In this document: positions 29,053 to 37,531 of the stretch, piece by piece
Numbering within the stretch: position 1 is the first letter of the stretch
How the letters are laid out: each line of letters starts with the position of its first letter
Origin: Rhizobiaceae bacterium
Lineage (GTDB): Bacteria; Pseudomonadota; Alphaproteobacteria; Rhizobiales; Rhizobiaceae
Assembly (NCBI GenBank): GCA_027484835.1
Contig: JAIXSF010000129.1
Coordinates: 1 to 49,381, forward strand
Length of the DNA stretch: 49,381 nucleotides
Reading direction: 5' to 3'
The notes under the pieces: generated by a model
Seen by the model: the letters and a program-made list of their open reading frames with translations, nothing else
Databases searched by the model: none
What the model was told of the DNA's origin: nothing
Position numbers and translations under genes: made by a program

Positions 29053-29808
29053 TCAGACTGTCTGGGCGGCACTGATCGAGGAAACGAAGCGCTTGGTGCG
29101 CTCCCGTTCCGGCGCCCGGAAGATCTGATCGGCGCTGCCCATCTCGACCACCTGACCGGCTTCGAGAAAGACCACCTGGCCGGCGATCTTCGAGGCAAGG
29201 CGCAGATCGTGGGTGGCGATCACCATGGTCGTGCCTTCGTTTGCCAGCTGGCTCAGCACGTCGACCACCTCACCGGCCAGTTCGGGATCGAGGGCGGAGG
29301 TCGGCTCGTCGCACAGAAGGACCTTCGGCGAGGGCGCAAGAGCACGGGCAATTGCCACGCGCTGCTGCTGGCCGCCCGAGAGTTCAGCCGGCCAGGCATC
29401 GGCCTTGTGGGCCATTCCCACTTTTTCCAAGAGTTCGAGCGCCCGAGCCTTCGCCTTGTCGCGCGACCATTTCTGCACGGTGATCAGGCCCTCCATGACG
29501 TTTTCGATCGCCGTCCTGTGCGGAAAGAGCTGGAAATTCTGGAAGACCATGCCGGTCTCGCAGCGGATCTTCTGCAGTTCCGCAAACGCGACCCGTCGGC
29601 CGGGCATGAAGTCGATCGCATGGACCCCGATCTGGACCCTGCCGGATGTCGGCTGTTCCAGAAGGTTGATCGAGCGCAGCAGCGTGCTTTTCCCGCCGCC
29701 GGAGGGGCCGACGAGCGCCGTCACGCTGCCTTCGGGCAAAGACAGAGAGATATCGTTGAGGATGGTCGCTTCGCCGAAGCGCTTGACGATATGGGAGAGC
29801 GTGATCAT
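29053..29808 (-). CDS. Polar amino acid ABC transporter ATP-binding protein
   Basis: GPSGGGKST, LSGGQQQRVAIARAL, DEPTSALDPE. Confidence 0.93.
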   Translation of the reverse strand: MITLSHIVKRFGEATILNDISLSLPEGSVTALVGPSGGGKSTLLRSINLLEQPTSGRVQIGVHAIDFMPGRRVAFAELQKIRCETGMVFQNFQLFPHRTAIENVMEGLITVQKWSRDKAKARALELLEKVGMAHKADAWPAELSGGQQQRVAIARALAPSPKVLLCDEPTSALDPELAGEVVDVLSQLANEGTTMVIATHDLRLASKIAGQVVFLEAGQVVEMGSADQIFRAPERERTKRFVSSISAAQTV

Positions 29809-30485
29809 CGATTGGCCTCCAGCATGCCGCCGTAGCGGCTGAAGCGGGTTTCAAGCCGCGCCTGCAGTGCAGACAGCACCGAGCTCAGCGCCAGATAGAT
29901 CAGGGCAGCCTCGATGTAGAGGATCAGCGGCTCATAGGTGGTGGCGACAATGCGCTGGGCGGACTGGAAGAGCTCCGGCACCGTGATGGCGGCGGCGAGC
30001 GAGGTGTCCTTCACCAGCGAGATGAAGGTGTTCGACAGCGGCGGCACGGCAACGCGCGAGGCCTGCGGGAGGATCGTCCGGCGCATGGCCTGACCCCAGG
30101 TCATGCCGGTTGAATAGGCAGCTTCCCACTGGCCCTTCGGCACCGAGGAAATGGCAGCACGGATGATCTCGGAGGTGTAGGCGCCGACATTCAGCGTGAA
30201 GCCGATGAGGGCGGCGGAAAAGGCATCAAGAAGGATGCCGACGCTCGGCAGTCCGTAGAAGATGACGAAAAGCTGCACCAGCAGCGGCGTCCCGCGGATC
30301 ACCCAGACATAGAAACGTGCCAGCAGCACCAGCGGCTTTGCCGCAAACAGTCGGGTGACGGCGGTGACGAGCCCCAGCGTCAGGCCGAAGGCGAACGAGA
30401 GCAAGGTCAGCGGAATGGTGAACTTCACTCCGGCCCAAAGCAGGGTCGGCAGTGAATCGAGCATCAGTTGAAGCCAGTGCGGCAT
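29805..30485 (-). CDS. Polar amino acid (cystine-type) ABC permease
   Basis: IRGTPLLVQLF, AY.SEIIRAAI.S.PKGQWEA, LVKDTSLA. Confidence 0.92.
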   Translation of the reverse strand: MPHWLQLMLDSLPTLLWAGVKFTIPLTLLSFAFGLTLGLVTAVTRLFAAKPLVLLARFYVWVIRGTPLLVQLFVIFYGLPSVGILLDAFSAALIGFTLNVGAYTSEIIRAAISSVPKGQWEAAYSTGMTWGQAMRRTILPQASRVAVPPLSNTFISLVKDTSLAAAITVPELFQSAQRIVATTYEPLILYIEAALIYLALSSVLSALQARLETRFSRYGGMLEANR

Positions 30486-30627
30486 GAAGGCGTCCTTGAA
30501 GCTGCGGACTGAAACGGAACGCAGCAGAGACGCTGAGCGCCACTGCTGCGGAGGAACTTCCTATGTATGGGCGAGCCACCGCGCGGCAACACCGCTCTAC
30601 GGCTCTCGGGTTCGGGCGTTCACCCAA

Positions 30628-30739
30628 CTCCCCCTTGAGGATGAGGTCGGCGCAAAGCTGCGGGTTAAGATGATCCTTCAGGCTCTTGGCGAGGTCATCC
30701 CATCCTGGCTTTGCTCCGCCCCTCCTCATGAGGGAAGAG
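30628..30739. repeat. Degenerate long inverted-repeat (REP/RIME-like) intergenic element
   Basis: CGGCGCAAAGC / GCTTTGCTCCG arms plus CTCCCCCTTGAGG and CCTCCTCATGAGGG hairpin remnants. Confidence 0.5.
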
Positions 30740-30745
30740 CGGATG

Positions 30746-31519
30746 TTATTTCGAGACGTCCTGACCGAAATACGTGTCGGCGATCTTCTGATAGGTGCCG
30801 TCGGCCTTGATGTCGGCGAGCGCCTTGTTGATCGCGGCGACCAGTTCCGGATCGCCCTTGCGCACGATGATGCCGGAGGCGTCGGCTTCTTCCTTCTCGG
30901 CGGCGATCTTCACCGGAGCGTCCGGCTTCTGCTTCTTGAAATCCAGGAAGGAGAGGCTGTCGTTGATCGTCGCGTCGGCGCGGCCGGTCAAAACCAGCTG
31001 GATCGACTGGTCGAAGCCATCGGTGCCGACGAGTTCGGCGCCGGCTGCTTCCGCGATCTTGCCGAAGTTGCTGGAGAGCGACTGGGCCGAGGTCTTGCCC
31101 TTCAGGTCGTCGAAGCTCTTGATCTCCTCGTTGCCGTCCTTGACGATCAGCACGGCCTTCGAGACGATGTACGGGTCCGAGAAGTCGTACTTCTGCTTGC
31201 GGGCTTCGGTGATGCCGACCTGATTGATGACGGCGTCGTAGCGGTTGGCGTCGAGGCCGGCGATCAGGCCGTCCCACTTGCCTTCGACAAACTCAGCCTT
31301 CACGCCCAGCTTGTCCGCGACGGCCTGGCCGATCTCGACGTCGAAGCCGACGAGCTTGTTGTCGGCGTTGTGGAAGGTGAAGGGCGCGTAGGTGCCCTCG
31401 GTGCCGATCTTGATGACGCCTGCGGCCTTGATCTGGTCGAGGTTTTCGCCAGCTACGGCCGGTGCGAGGATGAGGGTCTGCAGGGCTGCGGCCGCTGCAA
31501 TCGTCTTGAGCCAGCGCAT
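30746..31519 (-). CDS. Amino acid ABC substrate-binding protein (FliY/TcyJ cystine-type)
   Basis: Signal peptide, GTEGTYAPF, GFDVE, WDGLIAGL...RYD...NQV.IT..R; AAAGGA RBS. Confidence 0.9.
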   Translation of the reverse strand: MRWLKTIAAAAALQTLILAPAVAGENLDQIKAAGVIKIGTEGTYAPFTFHNADNKLVGFDVEIGQAVADKLGVKAEFVEGKWDGLIAGLDANRYDAVINQVGITEARKQKYDFSDPYIVSKAVLIVKDGNEEIKSFDDLKGKTSAQSLSSNFGKIAEAAGAELVGTDGFDQSIQLVLTGRADATINDSLSFLDFKKQKPDAPVKIAAEKEEADASGIIVRKGDPELVAAINKALADIKADGTYQKIADTYFGQDVSK

Positions 31520-31680
31520 CGGTATTCCTTTCATTCCATTGTTCGGTGCCATCGTCTTCGCAGATCGCTGTCCCCATGGGATGAGAGAAAAGAGCAAATA
31601 AAATAGGCAAATGAGAATATTTTGCTCATTTGGCATCTTGGTTGCTGCGTTCGGCGCGGTCTGTCGGCCGACCGAAACGC

Positions 31681-31727
31681 AAAACCGCCGCGAAGGTTCC
31701 GGTGTGGAACCGGGCTTCGCGGCGGTT
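31681..31727 (-). terminator. Long hairpin terminator downstream of hupE/ureJ
   Basis: 13-bp perfect stem AACCGCCGCGAAG / CTTCGCGGCGGTT with an A-run on +. Confidence 0.7.
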
Positions 31728-31762
31728 AAAGGAAGAGCTGTCAGGCAGGCCCGACAGACGTG

Positions 31763-32335
31763 TCAGCCGAAGGCGATTGCAGCGCCACCGACGACCGTGG
31801 CAAGGCCGAGCACGCGGGCGACCGCGGGGCCGAAGCGCGTGACGCCGAGACCGAGCGCCACACCGGCAAGATGCAGGGCGGCTGTGGCGACGAGGAAGCC
31901 GAGGCCGAAGGACAGCGCCCCGGCCGAGCCGAGTTCGCCACCATGGGCATGGCCGTGGAAGAGGGCGAAGAGGCCAACAACGGCAGCCGAGGCTGCGACC
32001 GGCGGGCGGACGGCTGCAGCAACCAGCAGGCCGAGGCCGATGACGGAAGCGAGGATCGCCGGCTCAACGAAGGGGAGGGAGACGCCTGCAACGGCCAGAC
32101 CGAAACCCACGGCCATCATGGTCACGAAGGCTGCGGGCACGGCCCACAAGGCGCGGCCACCGATCTGGCTTGCCCAGACACCGACGGCAACCATGGCCAG
32201 GATATGGTCAGCCCCGAAGAGCGGGTGAGAGACGCCGGCCATCAGCGATCCGTGCGCTGCCGGATCAAGGTGGGCAAAGGCGGGGGCTGCGGCTGCTGCA
32301 AACAGGGCGGCGGTAAGTGAAAGGCGTTTCAACAT
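31763..32335 (-). CDS. HupE/UreJ-family Ni/Co permease
   Basis: Signal peptide ending AFA|H, G..HP..G.DH.LAM.AVG.W, FHGHAHG.E, TA.LH. Confidence 0.92.
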   Translation of the reverse strand: MLKRLSLTAALFAAAAAPAFAHLDPAAHGSLMAGVSHPLFGADHILAMVAVGVWASQIGGRALWAVPAAFVTMMAVGFGLAVAGVSLPFVEPAILASVIGLGLLVAAAVRPPVAASAAVVGLFALFHGHAHGGELGSAGALSFGLGFLVATAALHLAGVALGLGVTRFGPAVARVLGLATVVGGAAIAFG

Positions 32336-32717
32336 GTCTTTTCGTCCCTCTAATTGGTCGACTCAAGGCGGCCGGAATTCGGTCCCGCCGATCGTCCCCA
32401 TAAACCATGGCTGACCCTAGCGTAACCCGTCCGCAGATGTCCACGGCAAAGGATTGCGCAAACCTACGTCGATTGCCGGGGGTGAGCCGTGGCGTCTGCG
32501 GCACGCTGTTGTGCAGGACCGACAGTAGAACGGGCGGTTACTTCAGGCACTACATCGGCGGGGCTCGTTCGGCATTTTCTGTGTCTCATTTGTGCATCGC
32601 TGCCTCGCCAAAATTGGGGGATATTTCCGGATGAGTCAGTTGTTATTGCAACCACAAATGGACAAATGGCTGATTTGCAATGGAAATATGCTGTCAAAAC
32701 GGCGTCATTAAACATCA

Positions 32718-32732
32718 TTAATTTTATCTTAA
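32718..32732. promoter_or_regulatory. CtrA-type box TTAA-N7-TTAA
   Basis: TTAA-TTTTATC-TTAA in an AT-rich intergenic region; may be a chance match. Confidence 0.35.
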
Positions 32733-33069
32733 GTAAGTATTGACCTTGGTAACTCGTAGGTGTTTTTATTCCACCGGCCGAATTGGCTGTCTAAATCCAG
32801 TAAAGAACGCAATTATAAAAACATTCTAATATATATAGGGTATCTTGAATGGTCATAGATCGGTCGGTTCGACTCAGCCGGTGAATTAATCCGGAGCAAG
32901 GGCGCGAATAATACAGCGTACCTGGATATATATATCTGCATATGTGTGAGATTCACCAGAATAGTCTGGCGGATTATACAGCTCTGTTGTCTTGTACGAC
33001 CTATTCTCTCTCTGAGGTGGTTGAGTACGGATTGAAATCGGGGCGATAGGTAAAACAGAGGAGAAGACA

Positions 33070-34311
33070 ATGAAAAGTGTAGTCGCAGCTTCAGTATTGG
33101 CGCTGATGGCATCGACCTCGGCGTTTGCAACGGATGTCGATGCCGAGATCAACCAGTTTGCGGTTGGCATCCAGAAGGCTCTGAACGAGATCGAAGACGT
33201 CACGAAGGCAACCGGCGTCACGCAGGAAGCCGTCAACGCAGCGAACCTCGTTTCGAAGCTCGATGTGGGTTACCTCGAGGACATTACCCAGAAGTCGTTC
33301 GTCAAGCAGATCGCCGTGAACAGCATTGAATCGCCGAAGTTCGACAAGGTCGAAGTCACGGGCGCCGCGCAGGACGCGACGAATGTTGCGAACTCGATCA
33401 GCATCGGCAAGGATGACGGTTCGGCGGGCAACGCCGATTACCTCGAGAAGATCAAGCAGGGATCGTTCGGTGATCAGTTCGCCAAGAACACCATCTCGGA
33501 TGTCAAGCTTGCCAAGACAGTCGATCAGGCTGCCGTCAACGCGGCAAACCTCGTGACGCTGTCTGTCGACGCCGGTGACATCGACAAGATCAAGCAGGGA
33601 TCGTTCGGCGAGCAGACCGCCATCAACAAGATTGACAGCGGCTGGACCTGGAAGGGTGCCGTCATCACCGACGTGACCCAGAGCGCGACCAACGTTGCCA
33701 ACTCGATCTCGCTGGGCAAGATCGACACGGGTTCGTTCAACCAGCTGCTCGACAAGGCCAAGCAGACCGCCTTTGTCGACCAGTACGCCTCCAACGACAT
33801 CGAGATCGCCAAGACGGTCGAAGACGTTACTCAGGAAGCCGTCAACGCGACCAACCTCATCACGTCGGATGCGGCAGGTCTCGGCGAAGTCACCCAGACC
33901 GCCTATGGCGATCAGGATGCGCTGAACACCATCAAGTTCAAGAAGTGGATTGATGGCAACGCCGTCGTCGACGGCAAGGTCGTTCCTTCGAGCCAGAGTG
34001 CCACAAACGTCATCAACAGCGTCTCGGCGCCGGTGATCAAGACGACGCTGGCTCAGTTCTCTGCCGTCGACCAGAAGGCCAAGAACGTTGCGGATTCGGT
34101 TGGTTTCGGTTCCCAGATCTGGGACTTCGAACAGACGGCCGTCAATGCGACGAACCTGGTCTCGATCGGCGCGATCGGCAGCGATCTTGAACTCAGCCAG
34201 GTTGCTCTCGTGTCGCAGAGCGCTTCCAACCTGATCGATGCCAACGGCACGGTCGACAAGGTTGTCCAGAGCGCGACCAACGTTGCCAACTCGATCGGCG
34301 ACCTGAACTGA
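33070..34311 (+). CDS. Secreted Gln/Asn-ladder repeat protein, candidate major amyloid/fibre subunit (HfaD/curlin-like analogue)
   Basis: Sec signal (..SAFA), then 8 units of Q-x5-Q-x-A-x-N ... Q-x-A-x-N-x-x-N; no Cys; GAGGAG RBS. The ORF is solid, the function is inferred. Confidence 0.7.
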   Translation: MKSVVAASVLALMASTSAFATDVDAEINQFAVGIQKALNEIEDVTKATGVTQEAVNAANLVSKLDVGYLEDITQKSFVKQIAVNSIESPKFDKVEVTGAAQDATNVANSISIGKDDGSAGNADYLEKIKQGSFGDQFAKNTISDVKLAKTVDQAAVNAANLVTLSVDAGDIDKIKQGSFGEQTAINKIDSGWTWKGAVITDVTQSATNVANSISLGKIDTGSFNQLLDKAKQTAFVDQYASNDIEIAKTVEDVTQEAVNATNLITSDAAGLGEVTQTAYGDQDALNTIKFKKWIDGNAVVDGKVVPSSQSATNVINSVSAPVIKTTLAQFSAVDQKAKNVADSVGFGSQIWDFEQTAVNATNLVSIGAIGSDLELSQVALVSQSASNLIDANGTVDKVVQSATNVANSIGDLN

Positions 34312-34319
34312 TTGGTTCC

Positions 34320-34356
34320 TGGCCAGGCTGCGTTTGTCAGCCTGGCCATTTTCTTT
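34320..34356 (+). terminator. Strong hairpin with U-rich tail between the two repeat genes
   Basis: TGGCCAGGCTG-CGTTTGT-CAGCCTGGCCA-TTTTCTTT, 11-bp perfect stem. Confidence 0.75.
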
Positions 34357-34410
34357 CTACTGCCGAATCTGTGGAGGCCTGGCTCATGAGGAGCCAAGGT
34401 AAGTGTGGTT

Positions 34411-35475
34411 ATGTCCCGGAGTTCTCGAGTTGTCTTGGCCGTGACTTGCACGGCCCTGGTTGCCTGGCCCGGTCTTCCGTTTGCCGAGCCGATCGAGTTG
34501 ATCCCGTCGCAGGACGTGCTTGACTCGGCGCAGGTGGTCCAGATCTACAAGGGTCGACAGGATGCCCGCCAGTCTCTGGGGTGGAGCAATGTGTCGGTTG
34601 CGAAGTCGGCCCGCCAGAGCGCCAGCAACGCCGGCAACATCATCGATGTCCGCGATCGTCCGCTTGACAGTGTCCGTCAGGACTTCGAGGGGCAGCAATA
34701 TTCGGTCAACAGCATCATCCTGAATGCCGTCTCGGCGCTGGAAACGATCGAGCAGGAAGCGTCGAACACGGGCAATGCCGTTGTGGGTGGCGACATCGGC
34801 AATGTCGAACAGTATTTCGCCGACGGTTCGGTGCAGCACGCCAAGAACCGGCTGACCTTGCCGGATCTTCCCGGCACACTTCGCCAGTCCGGCACCAACA
34901 CCATGAACCTCGTCTATTCCGAGCAGTCGGTGGCGCTGAGCTCGCAGAACTTCACCAAACAGGCCGAGCAGATCGTCGACAACCGGCTCTTCGTCACGGG
35001 GGCGGGCGGGGGCGGCGCGATCGTTCAGGACGGCACCAATCTCGGCAACATCATCGTGGCGCGGGACGTGGATGAGGTCATCCGCGATTTCTCCGGAGAC
35101 CAGATCGTCAACAATGTCGTGACGCTGAAGGATGGCGCGCGCTGGGGGTCGATCAGCCAGAACGGCACGAACATCGCCAATTACATCGAGGCGGAGAATA
35201 TCGGCTATCTGAAGCAGACCTCAAGCAATGGTCGCCAGATCGTCAACAATCGCGTCGAGGTCGAGACCCTTGCTGGCGTGACCCCGATCACGTCGCCGAA
35301 CATCACCCAGAACTCGAACAATTTCGTCAACATGATCGTCCTGAAAAAGACGGCCGAAGATGGCTCATCCCAGGTTGTGGACGTCCTGCAGCAGGCGGAG
35401 TACGGCCAGTCTGTCCAGGGCGTCAATGCAGGCACCGTTTCCCAGACGGGGAACGCCGTCTCGATCGAGCGCTGA
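34411..35475 (+). CDS. Secreted paralogous repeat protein, candidate minor/nucleator subunit
   Basis: Signal peptide; six Q-x-(A/G/S)-x-N-x-x-N motifs alternating with Q...Q-x3-N strands; start may be GTG 34405. Confidence 0.65.
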   Translation: MSRSSRVVLAVTCTALVAWPGLPFAEPIELIPSQDVLDSAQVVQIYKGRQDARQSLGWSNVSVAKSARQSASNAGNIIDVRDRPLDSVRQDFEGQQYSVNSIILNAVSALETIEQEASNTGNAVVGGDIGNVEQYFADGSVQHAKNRLTLPDLPGTLRQSGTNTMNLVYSEQSVALSSQNFTKQAEQIVDNRLFVTGAGGGGAIVQDGTNLGNIIVARDVDEVIRDFSGDQIVNNVVTLKDGARWGSISQNGTNIANYIEAENIGYLKQTSSNGRQIVNNRVEVETLAGVTPITSPNITQNSNNFVNMIVLKKTAEDGSSQVVDVLQQAEYGQSVQGVNAGTVSQTGNAVSIER

Positions 35476-35525
35476 AGGCTCTTTTCCGGGCCTGGTTCGC
35501 CGGCTGCGCGCTCCGTTCCCGGGTC

Positions 35526-35942
35526 TCAATAATCCGCGCAGGCCGGATCCTGGCACCACTGCGGGAAGTCGATCCAGGGCGCGTCCGGCCATTCCGCCGG
35601 CTTGTCTTCCATGTAAAGTGCAGCAGCGCTAATGTAGTTGTTTTGCGCTTTTACAAGTTTCGTCGAGCAAATGTAAGCTGCGTGCTGCTTGATCAACTTG
35701 CCGATGCTGTCGCGTGTCCGCTCGTCAACGGTGTTGGGTGCGGGCTGCTTCAACGCGGCAAAATACGCGTCGATACCCGCCATCACTGTCAGCGGAGAGC
35801 CGCGAACATAGGGCTCACAGGTCGCGCCGGTGCGTTTCAACTCGACCATGGCGCGGACGAAATTCTCAACGGTCTTGGTCTCCGCAGTGGCCGGCCATGC
35901 GATCAGCCCTGCCGCAAATGTCATAAATATAAATTTCCGCAT
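35526..35942 (-). CDS. Small secreted hypothetical protein with four Cys
   Basis: Signal peptide (..PATA), helical body, C-terminal WPDAPWIDFPQWCQDPAC. Confidence 0.65.
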   Translation of the reverse strand: MRKFIFMTFAAGLIAWPATAETKTVENFVRAMVELKRTGATCEPYVRGSPLTVMAGIDAYFAALKQPAPNTVDERTRDSIGKLIKQHAAYICSTKLVKAQNNYISAAALYMEDKPAEWPDAPWIDFPQWCQDPACADY

Positions 35943-36188
35943 AGGAATCCCCTATACATTCCTTTGTGATTTTTCGATTCCTGCGTCATCCGTTCTGTAT
36001 TGTCCAGTACCGCGATTCTGCAGTTCGTTGTTGTTTTTAAGTGTTGTCTTTTGGCAACGAAGACGCGGTGTGTTCTGCGTTGATTTGGTTTTCCAGTAAA
36101 TTGCCGCTGTTTCTCGCGGGCTTTAATGCTATCCCATCGGCCGATTATATGTAGACGAGATGGATAAGCTTAAATTTTGGGAGGTTAT

Positions 36189-36527
36189 ATGATCATCTCT
36201 AGATATTTGAAACCTCTGTTGATGCTGGTTGTGGCAGCGCCCACGGCTGCTTTTGCCAACGGTCTGGGTGAAGACAGACCCTATCAGTTTCGCACTGCAA
36301 ACGAACGTCAGGTATTGCTGAACCTCGAGCGCACCCGTCTTGAATTGCAGGGCAAGTTTCCCGCGACAGGCGTAGGATCTTCCTCAGGTTTGGGTACCCA
36401 ACAGACCGGTAACATTACAACCATAACTATTAATGGCTCTGGAAATACTGTGACGACGAGCCAGACAAATTCGGGTGCGCAGACCATTACGCAGACCGAT
36501 AGCAATAATTCGATTTTGAACAACTGA
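36189..36527 (+). CDS. Small secreted HfaA/curlin-like protein
   Basis: Signal peptide; Gly/Ser linker, then QQTGNITTITINGSGNTVTTSQTNSG beta-arch; GGAGG RBS; 10 nt upstream of the CsgG/HfaB-like gene. Confidence 0.6.
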   Translation: MIISRYLKPLLMLVVAAPTAAFANGLGEDRPYQFRTANERQVLLNLERTRLELQGKFPATGVGSSSGLGTQQTGNITTITINGSGNTVTTSQTNSGAQTITQTDSNNSILNN

Positions 36528-36537
36528 GGCCTGTGGG

Positions 36538-37416
36538 ATGACGTTTCGTAAATTCCGCGGTCTCCTGCTTGCTCCCGTGTTGCTCCTCGCCGCCTGCCAG
36601 TCTCAGACGGCAGAGAAGGCGCCGAAGGAACCGTTCCTGGGGCCTGTTCCGATCGCGACGCGCACACCGGTTGATGCCGCTCTCGAATGCCTCAGCAAGA
36701 CCCCCGAAGTTCAGCGCTACCCGCGCATGTTCGCCGTGCATGTGATCACGGATCAGACCGGACGCTATTCCTCCGAGGAAAGCGGCAACTACCTGCCGCG
36801 TGACAGTGCCGGCATGATGGTCTCCCTGTTGCAGAAGGCGGGCGTCAAGCAGGTCAACCGGTCGAACACCGCTGTGACCGAGTGGGAAATCGCCCGCGCC
36901 CGCGAGCAGATCCTCGGCGATGGCGGCAATGTCGTCGTCGGCGACGAGAGCCTGCCGTTCCGCCCGCTGGTCAAGGGGGCGCTGCGTGGTTCCGATTACG
37001 TGGTCGACGGAGTGATCACCCAGCTCGATTTCAACACCTATTCCGGTGGGCTCGAAGCAAGCGTAGGTGGGGCTGGTGCCGGTGCCCGACGGTTTGCCGT
37101 GACGGCAGCGATCGATATCCGGGTGACCGACACCAAGACGACCCGCATCGTCAAGGCCAAGTCCTATTCCAAGCAGGCGGTTGGCCGCGAAGTCTTCGCA
37201 TCGGTCTTCCGCTTCTTCTCCGACGAGCTGTTCGACATCAAGATCGGCAGCAAGTCGCAGGAAGGCCTGCAGGCTGCCGTGCGTTGGGTCCTGGCAGATG
37301 CCACCTATGACCTGGTCAAGGAGTTGAGCGGCCACAAGGGCGCCTGCGACGTCTACCTGCCGAAGGCATCGCAGGATGACAGGTTGGCGCCCGCCGAGGT
37401 CGCCTCGGCCAACTGA
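36538..37416 (+). CDS. CsgG/HfaB-family outer-membrane lipoprotein secretion channel
   Basis: Lipobox LAAC; T....AL.CL, AV..I.D.TG, V.R.....E, SDY...G.IT.LD.N..SGG, D.R..DT.T..IV...SY.KQ..G.EV, QE..Q.AVR. Confidence 0.85.
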   Translation: MTFRKFRGLLLAPVLLLAACQSQTAEKAPKEPFLGPVPIATRTPVDAALECLSKTPEVQRYPRMFAVHVITDQTGRYSSEESGNYLPRDSAGMMVSLLQKAGVKQVNRSNTAVTEWEIARAREQILGDGGNVVVGDESLPFRPLVKGALRGSDYVVDGVITQLDFNTYSGGLEASVGGAGAGARRFAVTAAIDIRVTDTKTTRIVKAKSYSKQAVGREVFASVFRFFSDELFDIKIGSKSQEGLQAAVRWVLADATYDLVKELSGHKGACDVYLPKASQDDRLAPAEVASAN

Positions 37417-37531
37417 TTATACGGCCCGCAGACTGGGTCTTAGCCAGTTCAGGCACACTCGCCCGGCCCGTGTTTCGGGCGCGTGTGTCTGGTTTCTGAG
37501 GTGGTGCGCTGCGAAGCCATTGCTGTTCGTT

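Noticed and set aside
32336-32600. Possible cobalamin or NiCo riboswitch upstream of hupE/ureJ
   Set aside because: No B12-box or GCCCCCGCAACTGT-like core is visible on the - strand
33070-35475. Calling the repeat genes csgA/csgB, fapC/fapB or hfaD
   Set aside because: Repeat spacing and consensus differ from curlin and Fap, and HfaD orthology cannot be shown by eye, so no symbol is assigned
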